From an uncultured Actinomycetes bacterium (GTDB lineage Bacteria > Actinomycetota > Thermoleophilia > Gaiellales > Gaiellaceae), in NCBI GenBank assembly GCA_963704335.1, contig OY969889.1:1481745-1545744 (forward strand): a DNA stretch of 64,000 bases. Direction: 5' to 3'. This document shows, piece after piece, positions 42,236-52,880 of this stretch (the stretch's first letter is position 1; every line of letters starts with the position of its first letter). The position numbers and the translations under genes are program-made. Under the pieces are notes generated by a model that saw nothing but the letters and a program-made list of their open reading frames with translations, was not told the DNA's origin and ran no database searches.

Positions 42236-44130
42236 CGTCGGTCAAGGCCGGAGAGGCGCGGCAGGTGCAGAGCGCGGCCGCGCCGTCGCCGTTCACGCCG
42301 ATCGCGGACTACGGGTTCCTCTCCAACTGCCACACGGGCGCTCTCGTGGCGCCGGACGGCGCCGTCGACTGGCTCTGCATACCGCGCTTCGACTCGCCGA
42401 GCGTGTTCGGCAGCCTCCTCGACCGTGGGGCCGGCATGTTCAGTGTGTCCCCGTTCGGCATCAACCACCCGACCACGCGCGAGTACGAGCCGGGGACGAA
42501 CGTCCTCGTAACGACCTGGAAGACGCCGAGCGGCTGGATCGTCGTGCGCACCGCGCTGACGATGGGGCCCTCAGATCACGAGGACGAGATCACTCCGCAC
42601 ACGCGGCCGCCGGCCGACGACGACGCCGACCACATGCTCGTGCGTACGGTCGAGTGCCTCGAGGGTCGCGCCGAGGTCGAGCTCATCTGTGAGCCGATGT
42701 TCGGCTACGGCCGTGAGCCCGCGACATGGACCATCGTCGACGACAGTCGCCACACGGCCGACGCGACGGGCGCGGGACAGACGATTCGCCTCCAGACAGA
42801 CCTCGCGCTCGGCATCGAAGGCGGGCACGTGCGAGCGCGCCATGTGCTTGAGGCCGGCGAGCGGATCTACTGCGCTCTCTCGTGGGCCGAGCAGCTCGCG
42901 GTGCCGGCCGACGTCGACGAAGCCGACGAGCGGCTTGCGACGACAGCCCGCTACTGGCGCCACTGGCTGGACCGAGCGCGGATTCCCGACCACCGCTGGC
43001 GTGACCCGATCCAGCGCTCGGCTCTCGCGATCAAGGGGCTCACGTACATGCCGACCGGCGCGACGGTGGCCGCGCTCACCACGTCACTCCCGGAGACGCC
43101 GGGCGGCGAACGCAACTGGGACTACCGCTACACGTGGATCCGTGACTCGACGTTCACGCTGCAGGCGCTCCACTACCTGAACCTCGACTGGGAGGCCGAC
43201 GAGTTCATGCAATTCGTCGCCGACGTGGAGGCGAACGAGGACGGCGGGCTGCAGATCATGTACGGGATCGACGGGCGGCGCGACCTGACGGAGTCGACGC
43301 TGGATCATCTCTCCGGATATGCAGGGGCACGCCCGGTGCGCATAGGCAACGGCGCCTTCGACCAGCGGCAGAACGACGTCTTCGGAGCTGCGCTCGACTC
43401 CATCCTCCTGCATACGCGCCGGAGCAAGCGCCTACCGGCTCGGCTGTGGCCGATCATCCAGGCGCAGGCCGAGTGCGCTGTGGGCGTGTGGCGAGAGCCG
43501 GACCAGGGCATTTGGGAGGCAAGGGGTGCCCCGCAGCAGTACGTCTCCTCGAAGCTCATGTGCTGGGTGGCGCTCGACCGAGCGGCGAAGCTCGCCGAGC
43601 TTCGGGGAGATAACGAGCTCCAGGAGACCTGGCAGGGAGTCGCCGAGGAGATCCGCTCGGACATCCTCGAGCACGGTGTCAGCGAACGAGGCGTCCTGCG
43701 ACAGCACTACGAGACCGACGCGCTCGATGCGTCCTTGCTACTGGCGGCGCTGTTCGGGTTCCTGCCCGGCGAGGACGAGCGAATGCGGAAGACCGTGCTA
43801 GCGGTCGCGGACGAGCTGACGGACAACGGCTTTGCCCTCCGCTATCGAACCGAGGAGACCGACGACGGCCTCTCCGGTGAGGAGGGGACGTTTCTCATCT
43901 GCTCCTTCTGGCTTGTGTCCGCCCTCGCCATCGTCGGTGAGCAGCAGCGCGCGCACGACCTCATGGAGCGCTTGCTGCGAATCGCTTCGCCCCTTGGTCT
44001 GTACGCCGAAGAGTTCGACGTCGCGACCGGGCGCCATCTCGGCAACTTCCCGCAGGCGTTCTCCCATCTGGCGCTGATCGAGGCGGCGGGACGGATCATC
44101 CTGGCAGAGCGAATCGACGAGATCTCGTAA
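42232..44130 (+). CDS. GH15-family glycoside hydrolase (glucoamylase/trehalase type)
   Basis: GTGA overlap. ...[41 protein letters not shown]...[12 protein letters not shown]...[12 protein letters not shown]... Confidence 0.85.
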   Translation: MTSVKAGEARQVQSAAAPSPFTPIADYGFLSNCHTGALVAPDGAVDWLCIPRFDSPSVFGSLLDRGAGMFSVSPFGINHPTTREYEPGTNVLVTTWKTPSGWIVVRTALTMGPSDHEDEITPHTRPPADDDADHMLVRTVECLEGRAEVELICEPMFGYGREPATWTIVDDSRHTADATGAGQTIRLQTDLALGIEGGHVRARHVLEAGERIYCALSWAEQLAVPADVDEADERLATTARYWRHWLDRARIPDHRWRDPIQRSALAIKGLTYMPTGATVAALTTSLPETPGGERNWDYRYTWIRDSTFTLQALHYLNLDWEADEFMQFVADVEANEDGGLQIMYGIDGRRDLTESTLDHLSGYAGARPVRIGNGAFDQRQNDVFGAALDSILLHTRRSKRLPARLWPIIQAQAECAVGVWREPDQGIWEARGAPQQYVSSKLMCWVALDRAAKLAELRGDNELQETWQGVAEEIRSDILEHGVSERGVLRQHYETDALDASLLLAALFGFLPGEDERMRKTVLAVADELTDNGFALRYRTEETDDGLSGEEGTFLICSFWLVSALAIVGEQQRAHDLMERLLRIASPLGLYAEEFDVATGRHLGNFPQAFSHLALIEAAGRIILAERIDEIS

Positions 44131-44140
44131 GGGAGGTCGC

Positions 44141-45691
44141 ATGGATACCTACGACGTGATCATCATCGGCACGGGCGCGGGCGGCGGAACGCTTGCGCGC
44201 CACCTCGCACCCTCGGGGAAACGCATCCTCTTGCTCGAGCGTGGCGGCTGGCTGCCGCGCGAGCCGCAGAACTGGTCGGACCAGGACGTGTTCGTGGACA
44301 ACCGGTACGTCTCGCCGGACACCTGGTACGACGAGAAGGGCAAGCCGTTCCAGCCGGGGATCCACTACTACGTCGGCGGAGCGACGAAGCTCTACGGCGC
44401 TGCGCTCTACCGGCTGCGGAAAGAGGACTTCGGAGAGCTACAGCACCACGACGGGCTGTCGCCGGCCTGGCCGATCGCCTACGAGGACCTGGAGCCGTAT
44501 TACACGCTCGCCGAGCAGCTCTACCACGTGCACGGCGCCCGGGGCGAAGACCCGACGGAGCCGCCGGCGAGCGCGCCTTACCCGCACCCGGCCGTCTCCC
44601 ACGAGCCGCGCATCCAGCAGCTCGCGGACGATCTCGCGGCGGCGGGCCATCACCCCTTCCACGCGCCGTGCGGGATCATGCTGGACGAGTCGAACCCGCC
44701 GTTCTCGACCTGCATCCGCTGTGCGACGTGCGACGGCTTCCCCTGCCTCGTCCATGCGAAGTCGGACGCCGAGGTGCTCGGTGTTCGCCCGGCTCTCGAG
44801 CACCCAAATGTCACGCTGCTGACGGACGCGCGGGTGGACAAGCTCGAGACGAACGACGCAGGCACGGCCGTCACGAGTGTCGTCGTCGATCGGGATGGGG
44901 CAGAGGAGCGGTTCTCCGCCGACATCGTCGTGGTCGCCTGCGGTGCGGCCAATACGGCCAAACTGCTCCTCGAGTCGGCGAACGACCGGCACCCGAACGG
45001 CCTCGCGAACGGCTCTGACCAGGTCGGTCGCCACTACATGTTCCACGACTCGATCGCCGTCCTTGCGCTCTCGCGCGAGGAGAATCACACCGCGTACCAG
45101 AAGACCCTCGGGCTCAACGACTTCTATTTCGGGAGCGACGACTTCGAGTACCCGCTGGGGAATGTCCAGATGGTCGGCAAGTCGACGGCGCCGATGTTCC
45201 GCGGCGAGCGACCGCGAGACACGAAGCTCGCGCCCGAGTGGACGCTGGCGAGGATGGCGCGTCATGCCATCGACTTCTGGCTCTCGACCGAGGACTTGCC
45301 GCGCCCTGACAACCGGGTCACCGTCGAAGGTGACGGCAAGCTCACGCTCACCTACAAGGAGACGAACGCCGAGGCCAAGAAGCATTTGTACGGGAAGGTC
45401 AAGTCGCTGTTGGGAGAGCTCGACATGAATCCCGGCCACCTCATTCACAGGTTCGCGTACATGAAGAACGACATCCCGATCGCCGGCTGCGCGCACCAGG
45501 CGGGCACGTGCCGCTTCGGGACGGATCCGTCGACGTCGGCGCTGAACGTGGACTGCCGGGCGCACGACATCGACAACCTGTACGTCGTCGACACGAGCGT
45601 GTTCCCGAGCATCGGTGCCGTGAACCCGGCGCTGACGGCGATGGCGAACTCGCTCCGCGTCGGTGACCATCTGCTCGAGCGGATGAAGTAG
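44141..45691 (+). CDS. GMC-family FAD-dependent oxidoreductase
   Basis: MDTYDVIIIGTGAGGGTLA..L...GKRILLLERG...; C-terminal ...HQAGTCRFG.D...S.L....RAHD..NLYVVD.SVFPS. Confidence 0.85.
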   Translation: MDTYDVIIIGTGAGGGTLARHLAPSGKRILLLERGGWLPREPQNWSDQDVFVDNRYVSPDTWYDEKGKPFQPGIHYYVGGATKLYGAALYRLRKEDFGELQHHDGLSPAWPIAYEDLEPYYTLAEQLYHVHGARGEDPTEPPASAPYPHPAVSHEPRIQQLADDLAAAGHHPFHAPCGIMLDESNPPFSTCIRCATCDGFPCLVHAKSDAEVLGVRPALEHPNVTLLTDARVDKLETNDAGTAVTSVVVDRDGAEERFSADIVVVACGAANTAKLLLESANDRHPNGLANGSDQVGRHYMFHDSIAVLALSREENHTAYQKTLGLNDFYFGSDDFEYPLGNVQMVGKSTAPMFRGERPRDTKLAPEWTLARMARHAIDFWLSTEDLPRPDNRVTVEGDGKLTLTYKETNAEAKKHLYGKVKSLLGELDMNPGHLIHRFAYMKNDIPIAGCAHQAGTCRFGTDPSTSALNVDCRAHDIDNLYVVDTSVFPSIGAVNPALTAMANSLRVGDHLLERMK

Positions 45692-45713
45692 CGCACGAGC
45701 GCGGGCGAGATCG

Positions 45714-46916
45714 ATGGCGACCCAGGCGGAGCGGACGGTCGTCTACGCCGCGGGCGTGGTGCAGGGCATCGCCCTCGTCACCTTCCCCGCAGCGAGCACG
45801 ATCCTCACAAACCCGGACGAGTACGACCTCTCCAGCACACAGTACGGCGCGCTCTTCCTGCCGCAGGTGATCACGGCGATCACTGCGGCATTGCTCGGTG
45901 CCGGTCTTAGCGGTCGCTTCGGTACCAAGCGCATTTACCTCGTGGGTCTCACCGCGAGCCTCGTCTCGATGGTTCTCCTTCTCGTGAGCTCGTTCCTGAC
46001 AGACGAACAGTCGCTCGCGTACGGCTTGCTGCTCTTGGCCACCGCAAGCCTCGGAGCAGGCTTCGGCTTCGCCGTGCCTGCCCTCAACACGTTAACCGCG
46101 GCGTTCAACCCGAACGCGGTCAGCCGGTCGATCCTCGCGCTCAACGCGCTACTTGGGTTGGGAACAGTGCTAGCTCCGGTCTTCGTCGCCATCTTCGACG
46201 GCCTCGGTTTCTGGTGGGGTCTTCCGCTTCTGTCCGCCGTGCTGCTCGTCGTGCTCATCGCCGTCAGCCTGGGTCTGCCGCTGCAGGTCGCGGTGACCCG
46301 TGCCGCGACGGCGTCTGCGCGGCACCAGATCCCGAGACGGTTCTGGGCGTACGCGGGTATAGCTGTCCTCTACGGCATCTGCGAGACCGTCAACGGCAAC
46401 TGGTCGCAGCTCGACATGACGAGCGAGGTCGGTGCGTCCACTACGCAGGCCGCTCTTGCGCTGACGGCGTTCTGGGGGATGGTGACCTTAGGGCGAGTCG
46501 TCTTCGCTGCAGTCCAGCGCCTCGTCCCCGCCAAGCTGACGTACCACGTGCTGCCGTTCGTGCTCGCGGGGGCGTTCGTGCTTATCTGGTTGCTCCCGGA
46601 TGACGAGCCCGCGCTCGGCATTCTCGCCTTCGGTCTCGCGGGGCTCGGGTGCTCGGCGCTTCTGCCGCTCACGATCAGCTTCGGCCAGGAGGAGCTGACC
46701 GCCTTTACGGCCGCCGCGGCCGGCGGCGTGATCGCCTTCTACCAGCTCGGCTACGGGATCGCGGCCTTTGGCGTGGGCCCGCTCCTCTCCGGCGGCGTCG
46801 AGCTCTCGACGATCTACGCCTTCGCGGCAGTGATCGCTGCAGGGATGGGGCTGTGGTCCTTCGTCGTCGCCGGCAGACGGCCGAGCCCGGCGTCCCTCCA
46901 TCCACGACCGGGATGA
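45714..46916 (+). CDS. MFS transporter
   Basis: 400 aa, about 12 hydrophobic segments, small loops, typical MFS composition. Confidence 0.75.
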   Translation: MATQAERTVVYAAGVVQGIALVTFPAASTILTNPDEYDLSSTQYGALFLPQVITAITAALLGAGLSGRFGTKRIYLVGLTASLVSMVLLLVSSFLTDEQSLAYGLLLLATASLGAGFGFAVPALNTLTAAFNPNAVSRSILALNALLGLGTVLAPVFVAIFDGLGFWWGLPLLSAVLLVVLIAVSLGLPLQVAVTRAATASARHQIPRRFWAYAGIAVLYGICETVNGNWSQLDMTSEVGASTTQAALALTAFWGMVTLGRVVFAAVQRLVPAKLTYHVLPFVLAGAFVLIWLLPDDEPALGILAFGLAGLGCSALLPLTISFGQEELTAFTAAAAGGVIAFYQLGYGIAAFGVGPLLSGGVELSTIYAFAAVIAAGMGLWSFVVAGRRPSPASLHPRPG

Positions 46917-47830
46917 GCGTGAGCGCGCCTTCGGGCGAGCAGATAGGGATCGCGCACGCGGATCAGCGGGCTGTGGTCACCGGCGTCGGTGCGGGCCTCC
47001 GGGCATATTCCGTGGCAGGTCGCGACGTCGTGAACGGCTACGGGGTCGAGGAGATGGCGACTGCCGGCCGCGGGCAGATGCTGATCCCCTGGCCGAACCG
47101 GCTACAGGACGGACAGTACGACTTCGAGGGTCGCCGGCACCAGCTCCCGCTCACCGAGCCCGAGCACGCAAACGCGATTCACGGCCTCGTCCGCTGGTCG
47201 GTTTGGAACGCGGCTGTCCGCGAGTCCGACCGCGTTGTGATGGCGCACCGGCTTCATCCCCAGCCCGGCTATCCGTTCACCCTTGATCTGAGCATCGAAT
47301 ACTCGCTCTCCGCACACGGTCTCTCCGTGCAGACGACGGCGACGAACGTAGGGCCTGATCGCTGTCCGTACGGTTGCGGAGCGCACCCGTACCTCAGCGT
47401 CGGCACCGATACCGTGGATACGTCGGTTCTGCAGGCGGCCGGCCGAACCGTGCTCCAGGCAGACGAACGCGGCATTCCGACAGGCGCGACAGCCGTCGCC
47501 GGCACCGAATACGACTTTCGTGAGCCTCGCGCAATCGCAGACACGAAGCTCGACCACGGGTTCACCGATCTCGAGCGCGACCAGGACGGCCTCGCCAGGG
47601 TCGAGCTCACGAATCCCGACAGCGGTGTCGCTCTTACGTTGTGGGTCGACGAGACGTACGCGTACCTGATGCTGTTCACGGGCGATCGGCCGGATGTCGA
47701 GCGTCGTGCCCTCGCCGTGGAGCCCATGACCTGCCCGCCGAATGCGTTCCGAAGCGGCGAGAGCCTCGTCCTGCTCGAGCCCGGTGGCTCCGTCACGTGC
47801 ACGTGGGGCATCAGCCCGACAATGCGCTAA
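46913..47830 (+). CDS. aldose 1-epimerase (galactose mutarotase-like) family protein
   Basis: ATGA overlap. ...GRGQMLIPWPNRL.DG.Y.F.G....LP..EP...NAIHGL.R...W...HP.PGYPF.L......Y.L...GL. Confidence 0.8.
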   Translation: MSVSAPSGEQIGIAHADQRAVVTGVGAGLRAYSVAGRDVVNGYGVEEMATAGRGQMLIPWPNRLQDGQYDFEGRRHQLPLTEPEHANAIHGLVRWSVWNAAVRESDRVVMAHRLHPQPGYPFTLDLSIEYSLSAHGLSVQTTATNVGPDRCPYGCGAHPYLSVGTDTVDTSVLQAAGRTVLQADERGIPTGATAVAGTEYDFREPRAIADTKLDHGFTDLERDQDGLARVELTNPDSGVALTLWVDETYAYLMLFTGDRPDVERRALAVEPMTCPPNAFRSGESLVLLEPGGSVTCTWGISPTMR

Positions 47831-47833
47831 CGC

Positions 47834-49513
47834 GTGCGTCCGCTCGATCCGCGACTTCTCCGCCGAGCCCGCGCAGCACGCCGGCTGCTGGGGGCCGACG
47901 TCGCGTTCGGCATCGGGACGGCGATCCTCGTGCTCTTCCAGGCGACCCTCCTGGCCAGGGTGATCGCCCGCTCGTTCGACGGCGCCTCGCTGGACGCTCT
48001 CTCGACCGAGCTCGTGCTCCTGGCGCTTCTCTTCGCCGGGCGGGCGGCGTTCGCCTGGGCTTTCGAGCTCGCCGGGCGGAGAGCCGCGACCGGCGTGTTG
48101 TCTCAGCTTCGTCTCGAGCTCGTCGAGAGACGGCTCCGGCACGAGCCCGTGGCTCTGGACGGCGTCGAGAGCGCTGAGATCGCAACCCTCGCCACGCACG
48201 GCATCGGGCCCCTCGAGGCGTACTTCGGGCGATTTCTCCCACAGGTCGTCCTCGCTCTCGTCGTGCCCGTGGCGGTGCTTGCCTGGGTGATCGCCATCGA
48301 CGTCACGTCAGCGCTCGTAATGCTCGTGACGCTGCCGCTGGTGCCGGTCTTCATGGTGGTGATCGGGCGCTACACGGAACGGAAGGCAAGAGCGCGAGCA
48401 CAAGCGCTCGCGCTGCTCGCGACGAGGTTTCTCGACGTCGTGCGCGGCTTGCCGACGCTTCGCGCGTACAACCGCAGCCGCGCGCAGGCCGACTCGCTCG
48501 CCCAGACCGGCGACGACTATCGGCGGACGACCATGCAGACGCTCAGGGTCGCGTTCGTCTCGGGCGCGGTCCTCGAGCTGGCTGCCACGCTCGGCATCGC
48601 ACTCGTCGCCGTGACCATCGGCGTTCGGCTCGTCGACGGAGACATCGGGTTCGAGGCGGGCCTGACGGTCCTGCTACTCGCTCCGGAGCTCTATCTGCCG
48701 CTCCGCGCCGTCGCCGCCCAGTACCACGCGAGTGCGGACGGCATCGCGGTGGGCGAACGCCTGCTCGAGCTGACGGAGCCAATTGACATTGCCCCTCCGA
48801 AGAGTGACGGCGTGCCGGCAATGTCAGCGAACGGCTCGATCGTCGAGCTCCAGGGAGTCTCGTACGGGTATCCGGCTCGGCCGGGTCGAGTGCTTCACGA
48901 GATCGATCTCGAGCTCCTGCCGGGAAAGACGGTGGTCCTCGTTGGCTCGAGCGGCAGTGGCAAGAGCACGCTCGCGTCCATCGTCCTCGGCCTGCTCGAG
49001 CCGAGCGCGGGCCGAGTCCTCCGCGACGGTGTCGAAAGCAGAGCCGAGGGGCTAGCCGCCTGGCGGCACCACGTCGCGTGGGTGCCCCAGCGTCCCACGC
49101 TTTTCACGGGCTCCGTCGCGGACAACATCCGGCTCGGCCATCCCGCTGCCGACGACGAGCACGTACGAGACGCCGCCAGGAGGGCGGAGGCAGCCGCCTT
49201 CATCGGCGATCTCCCGGACGGCTACGAGACCGTAGTCGGAGACGGCGGCAGATCTCTCTCTGCCGGCGAAGCTCAGCGCATCGCGCTGGCCCGCGCCTTT
49301 CTGCGCGATGCGCGGCTCGTCATCCTCGACGAGCCCACTGCCAACCTCGATGCCGTGAACGCCGAGGCGGTCACTGACGCGATGAGCCGCCTCTCGGAGG
49401 GAAGGGCGCTGCTCGTGATCGCACACCGGCCGGAGCTCGCCCGGAACGCCGATCGCATCATCCGGCTCGAGGCGGGGCGTCTCGTCGACGACCGAGGGGT
49501 CGTGGACGCCTGA
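47834..49513 (+). CDS. cydD: thiol reductant ABC exporter subunit CydD
   Basis: TM domain plus Walker A GSSGSGKST, signature LSAGEAQRIALARA, Walker B LVILDEPTA. It precedes cydC with a 1-nt overlap. Confidence 0.85.
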   Translation: MRPLDPRLLRRARAARRLLGADVAFGIGTAILVLFQATLLARVIARSFDGASLDALSTELVLLALLFAGRAAFAWAFELAGRRAATGVLSQLRLELVERRLRHEPVALDGVESAEIATLATHGIGPLEAYFGRFLPQVVLALVVPVAVLAWVIAIDVTSALVMLVTLPLVPVFMVVIGRYTERKARARAQALALLATRFLDVVRGLPTLRAYNRSRAQADSLAQTGDDYRRTTMQTLRVAFVSGAVLELAATLGIALVAVTIGVRLVDGDIGFEAGLTVLLLAPELYLPLRAVAAQYHASADGIAVGERLLELTEPIDIAPPKSDGVPAMSANGSIVELQGVSYGYPARPGRVLHEIDLELLPGKTVVLVGSSGSGKSTLASIVLGLLEPSAGRVLRDGVESRAEGLAAWRHHVAWVPQRPTLFTGSVADNIRLGHPAADDEHVRDAARRAEAAAFIGDLPDGYETVVGDGGRSLSAGEAQRIALARAFLRDARLVILDEPTANLDAVNAEAVTDAMSRLSEGRALLVIAHRPELARNADRIIRLEAGRLVDDRGVVDA

Positions 49514-51150
49514 TGTGGCAAACGCTGGCAGGGATCGTGAGGCTTGCGCGTCCACCGGCAGGTTGGCTCGCAGCCTCGGTCCTGTTCGGCACGCTCGCCG
49601 TTGCTTTCGGCATCGGGCTGATGACGTCGGCCGGGTATCTGATCGCGCGCGCGGCCGAGCGCCCGGCGATCCTCTCGCTGACGACCGTGATCGTCGCCGT
49701 GCGGTTCTTCGGCCTCGCGCGACCGGTCGCGCGCTACGTCGAGCGGGTTGTGTCCCACGATCTGGCGTTCCGCGTCCTGGCCCGTCTGCGTCTGAGCTTC
49801 TACGAGCGCATCGAGCCGCTGGCGCCGGCAGAGCTCGAGGCGTATCGGCGCGGCGATCTCGTGAGCCGCATGGTGGGGGATGTCGACACCCTGCAAGCCC
49901 TCTACCTCAGAGGCCTGGGACCGCCGCTTGTGGCCGGCCTGGCGGGCGCTGCTGCCGTCGGCGTTGCCGCCGCGATCCTGCCTGTCGCGGCAATCGTGCT
50001 CGCAGCGGGCCTGCTGATGAGTGGTGTCGCCGTCGTGGTCGTATCCGCCTTTCTCGGCCGCGCGTCAGGAGCCAGGGCATTGGCGCAAGGGAGACTGTCC
50101 GCCGAGCTCGTGGAGCTCCTTCGCGGCGCGCCGGAGCTCGTCGTGTACGGGCGCGAGGAGGAGACAGTTCGCCGCTTCCGGGACGGAGATGACACTCTGG
50201 CCCGGCTAGCCAACCGTGACGCGCTCGCCGCGGGCTCCGCCGACGCACTGGCGATCGTCGCCACCGGCCTGACAACGGTCGCCGTGCTCGCTGTCGCGGT
50301 CTCCGCCCATGCCTCCGGGGAGCTGGATCGCACCTTCGTGGCGGCTCTCGCGCTCCTGTCGCTCGCGTCGTTCGAGGCGGTGGCGCTGCTGCCGCCCGCG
50401 GTACGGGAGCTTTCCGCGGTGCTCGGTTCCGGAAGACGCGTTCTCGAGCTCACCGACCGCGAGCCGGCGGTCCAGGATCCGCGCGACCCGCTGCCGACTC
50501 CACCGGGCACGCCGGCGATCGCTCTGGATGGCGTGAGTGCCCGCTACTCAGGCGCGGAGCCGCCGGCACTCGAGCACGTCGATCTCACACTCGAGCCAGG
50601 GCGGAAGCTGGCTCTGGTGGGCCCGAGCGGGGTGGGGAAGACGACCGTCGTGCGCCTGCTCCTGCGCTTCCTCGACCCGTACGAAGGTCGTGTCACGCTC
50701 GCCGGTCAGGACATACGGCGGCTTCGCCAGGAGGACGTGCGGCGCGCGATCGCGGTCGCGGGACAGGATGCGTATCTCTTCTCGACGAGCATTCGTGAGA
50801 ACGTCCGCCTCGGACGTCCGCAGGCGAGCGATGCCGAGGTGGACGCCGCGCTCCGGCGCGCGAAGGTGGGCGACTGGGTCGCTTCGCTGCCCGACGGCGC
50901 GGAGACCCTGGTCGGCGAGGAGGGGACGCAGCTCTCAGGTGGCCAGCAGCAGCGCATCGCGCTAGCCCGAGCCCTCCTGTCCGACGCCCCCGTGCTCGTG
51001 CTGGACGAGCCGACCGCACATCTCGACCACGAGACGGCTGAGGAACTAGTCCGCGACATGCTCGAGTCGGCCGAGGGGCGGTCGGTCCTGCTCATCACCC
51101 ATAGGCCCGAAGGCCTCGATCTCGTCGACGAGGTCGTCGTGATGGGCTAG
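49513..51150 (+). CDS. cydC: thiol reductant ABC exporter subunit CydC
   Basis: TM domain plus GPSGVGKTT, LSGGQQQRIALARA, VLVLDEPTAHLD. Confidence 0.85.
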   Translation: MWQTLAGIVRLARPPAGWLAASVLFGTLAVAFGIGLMTSAGYLIARAAERPAILSLTTVIVAVRFFGLARPVARYVERVVSHDLAFRVLARLRLSFYERIEPLAPAELEAYRRGDLVSRMVGDVDTLQALYLRGLGPPLVAGLAGAAAVGVAAAILPVAAIVLAAGLLMSGVAVVVVSAFLGRASGARALAQGRLSAELVELLRGAPELVVYGREEETVRRFRDGDDTLARLANRDALAAGSADALAIVATGLTTVAVLAVAVSAHASGELDRTFVAALALLSLASFEAVALLPPAVRELSAVLGSGRRVLELTDREPAVQDPRDPLPTPPGTPAIALDGVSARYSGAEPPALEHVDLTLEPGRKLALVGPSGVGKTTVVRLLLRFLDPYEGRVTLAGQDIRRLRQEDVRRAIAVAGQDAYLFSTSIRENVRLGRPQASDAEVDAALRRAKVGDWVASLPDGAETLVGEEGTQLSGGQQQRIALARALLSDAPVLVLDEPTAHLDHETAEELVRDMLESAEGRSVLLITHRPEGLDLVDEVVVMG

Positions 51151-51161
51151 GCTCGGACGTC

Positions 51162-51932
51162 ATGTCCGAGGTCGAGGTCACTCGCGACGGCGGTGTGCTC
51201 ACGCTCACGCTGAACCGCCCTGACGTGCTGAACGCGTTCAACGCCGGCATGCACAAGGCGTTCCAGGCAGGGCTCAAGGAGGCGGCGGATCCTTCCGTGC
51301 GCGCGGTCGTCATCACGGGCAAGGGCCGCGGCTTCTGTGTCGGCCAGGACCTGACCGAGTTCCAGGAGGGGGCGGGGGACATCGGCGACCGCCTGCGCGC
51401 TGGCTATCACAAGAACGTCGTCGCCATCCGTGCTCTCGAGAAGCCGGTGATCGCCGCCGTCAACGGCCCTGCCGCGGGCGCCGGCCTCTCGCTCGCGTGC
51501 GCGTGCGACATCCGCATCGCCGGAGAGTCGGCGAGCTTCGTACCCGCCTTCATCGGCATCGGCCTCGTCCCCGACTCGGGCGGCTCGTACTTCATCGCGC
51601 GGCTGCTCGGTGCGCCGCGCGCGTTCGCGTGGATGACGTCGAACCGCAAGCTCTCGGCCGCGGATGCTCTGGAATGGGGACTCGTCAGCGAAGTCGCGGC
51701 AGACGAGACGTTGCTGGCGCGTGTCGCCGAGCTGGCGGGCCTGTACGCCGCGGCGCCGACGCGTGGAGTCGGCATGACGAAGCGGCTGTTCGACAACGTG
51801 CAGTCGGCGACGCTCGACGAGCAGCTCGAGCTGGAAGCTCAGCTGCAGGCGGTCGCCACGCAGACGGACGACTTCCGCGAGGGCGTGACCGCGTTCCTCG
51901 AGAAGCGCCCGCCGCAGTTCACCGGCTCGTAG
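51162..51932 (+). CDS. enoyl-CoA hydratase/isomerase family protein (PaaG-like)
   Basis: MSEVEVTRDGGVLTLTLNRPDVLNAFN...VVITGKGRGFCVGQDL...AVNGPAAGAGLSLACACD. Confidence 0.85.
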   Translation: MSEVEVTRDGGVLTLTLNRPDVLNAFNAGMHKAFQAGLKEAADPSVRAVVITGKGRGFCVGQDLTEFQEGAGDIGDRLRAGYHKNVVAIRALEKPVIAAVNGPAAGAGLSLACACDIRIAGESASFVPAFIGIGLVPDSGGSYFIARLLGAPRAFAWMTSNRKLSAADALEWGLVSEVAADETLLARVAELAGLYAAAPTRGVGMTKRLFDNVQSATLDEQLELEAQLQAVATQTDDFREGVTAFLEKRPPQFTGS

Positions 51933-52880
51933 TGCAGGTCACCACGGTCGACTACCACACGGCCGGCGAGCCGTTCCGGATCGTCACCGCCGGCGTCGAC
52001 CCGCTCCGGGGCCGGACGATCCTCGACAAGCGGCGCCACGCCCTCGAGCACGTCGACGAGGTTCGCCGCCTGCTCGTCAACGAGCCGCGCGGCCATGCCG
52101 ACATGTACGGCTGCTTCGTCACGGAGCCCGAGGACGAGGGCGCCGACCTCGGCGTCGTCTTCTTCCACAACGCCGGCTACTCGACGGCGTGCGGCCACGG
52201 CACGATCGCGCTCGTCACGTGGGCGATCGAGAGCGGCGTCGTGGTCGCGGTCGAGCCGCAGACGCGCGTCGTCGTCGACTGCCCCTCGGGTCGGCTGGAG
52301 ACGGTGGCGCGCGTAGAGAGTGGTGACGTGAAGGCCGTTCGCTTCCGCAACGTGCCCGCCTACGTGCACGCCCGCGGGCTGGAAGCTGCAGGACGCACGG
52401 TCGACGTCGCCTACGGCGGCGCCTTCTACGCCTTCCTCGAGGAACGTGTTGCTCCTGAGGAAGTCACGCGCCTGATCCAGCTCGGGCGGCAGATCAAGGC
52501 GGACCTCGAGCGGGACCAGGAGATCGTCCACCCGCTGGAATCGGAGCTCAGCGGCGTCTACGGCGTCGTCTTCTGGCAGCACGAGGAGGACGGGCCGCCT
52601 CCGGTGCAGCGCAACGTCACGGTCTTCGCGGACGGCGAAGTCGATCGCTCCCCCTGCGGCAGCGCGACGTCTGCGCGCATGGCGCTGCTCGACGTGCCCG
52701 AGCTCCGCCACCTGAGCGTCATCGGCACGGAGTTCCGTGCATGGATCGTCGACCGGACCGAGGTGGACGGGCGCCCGGCGGTGGTCACCGAGGTCGAGGG
52801 CTCGGCGCATCGCACAGGCGCTCACGAGTTCGTGCTCGAGCCCGAGCGACGACCTCGGCACGGGCTTCCTCCTCCGCTAA
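51932..52880 (+). CDS. proline racemase / 4-hydroxyproline epimerase family protein with apparent 1-nt frameshift near 52847
   Basis: GTG 51932. ...DYHTAGEPFRIV...NEPRGH.DMYG...GYSTACGHGTIA... and ...DRSPCGS (Cys/Cys catalytic pair). As read, the frame runs on to 53071 through the convergent gene. A +1 shift after ...FVLEPE gives DDLGTGFLLR* ending at TAA 52878-52880. Confidence 0.75.
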
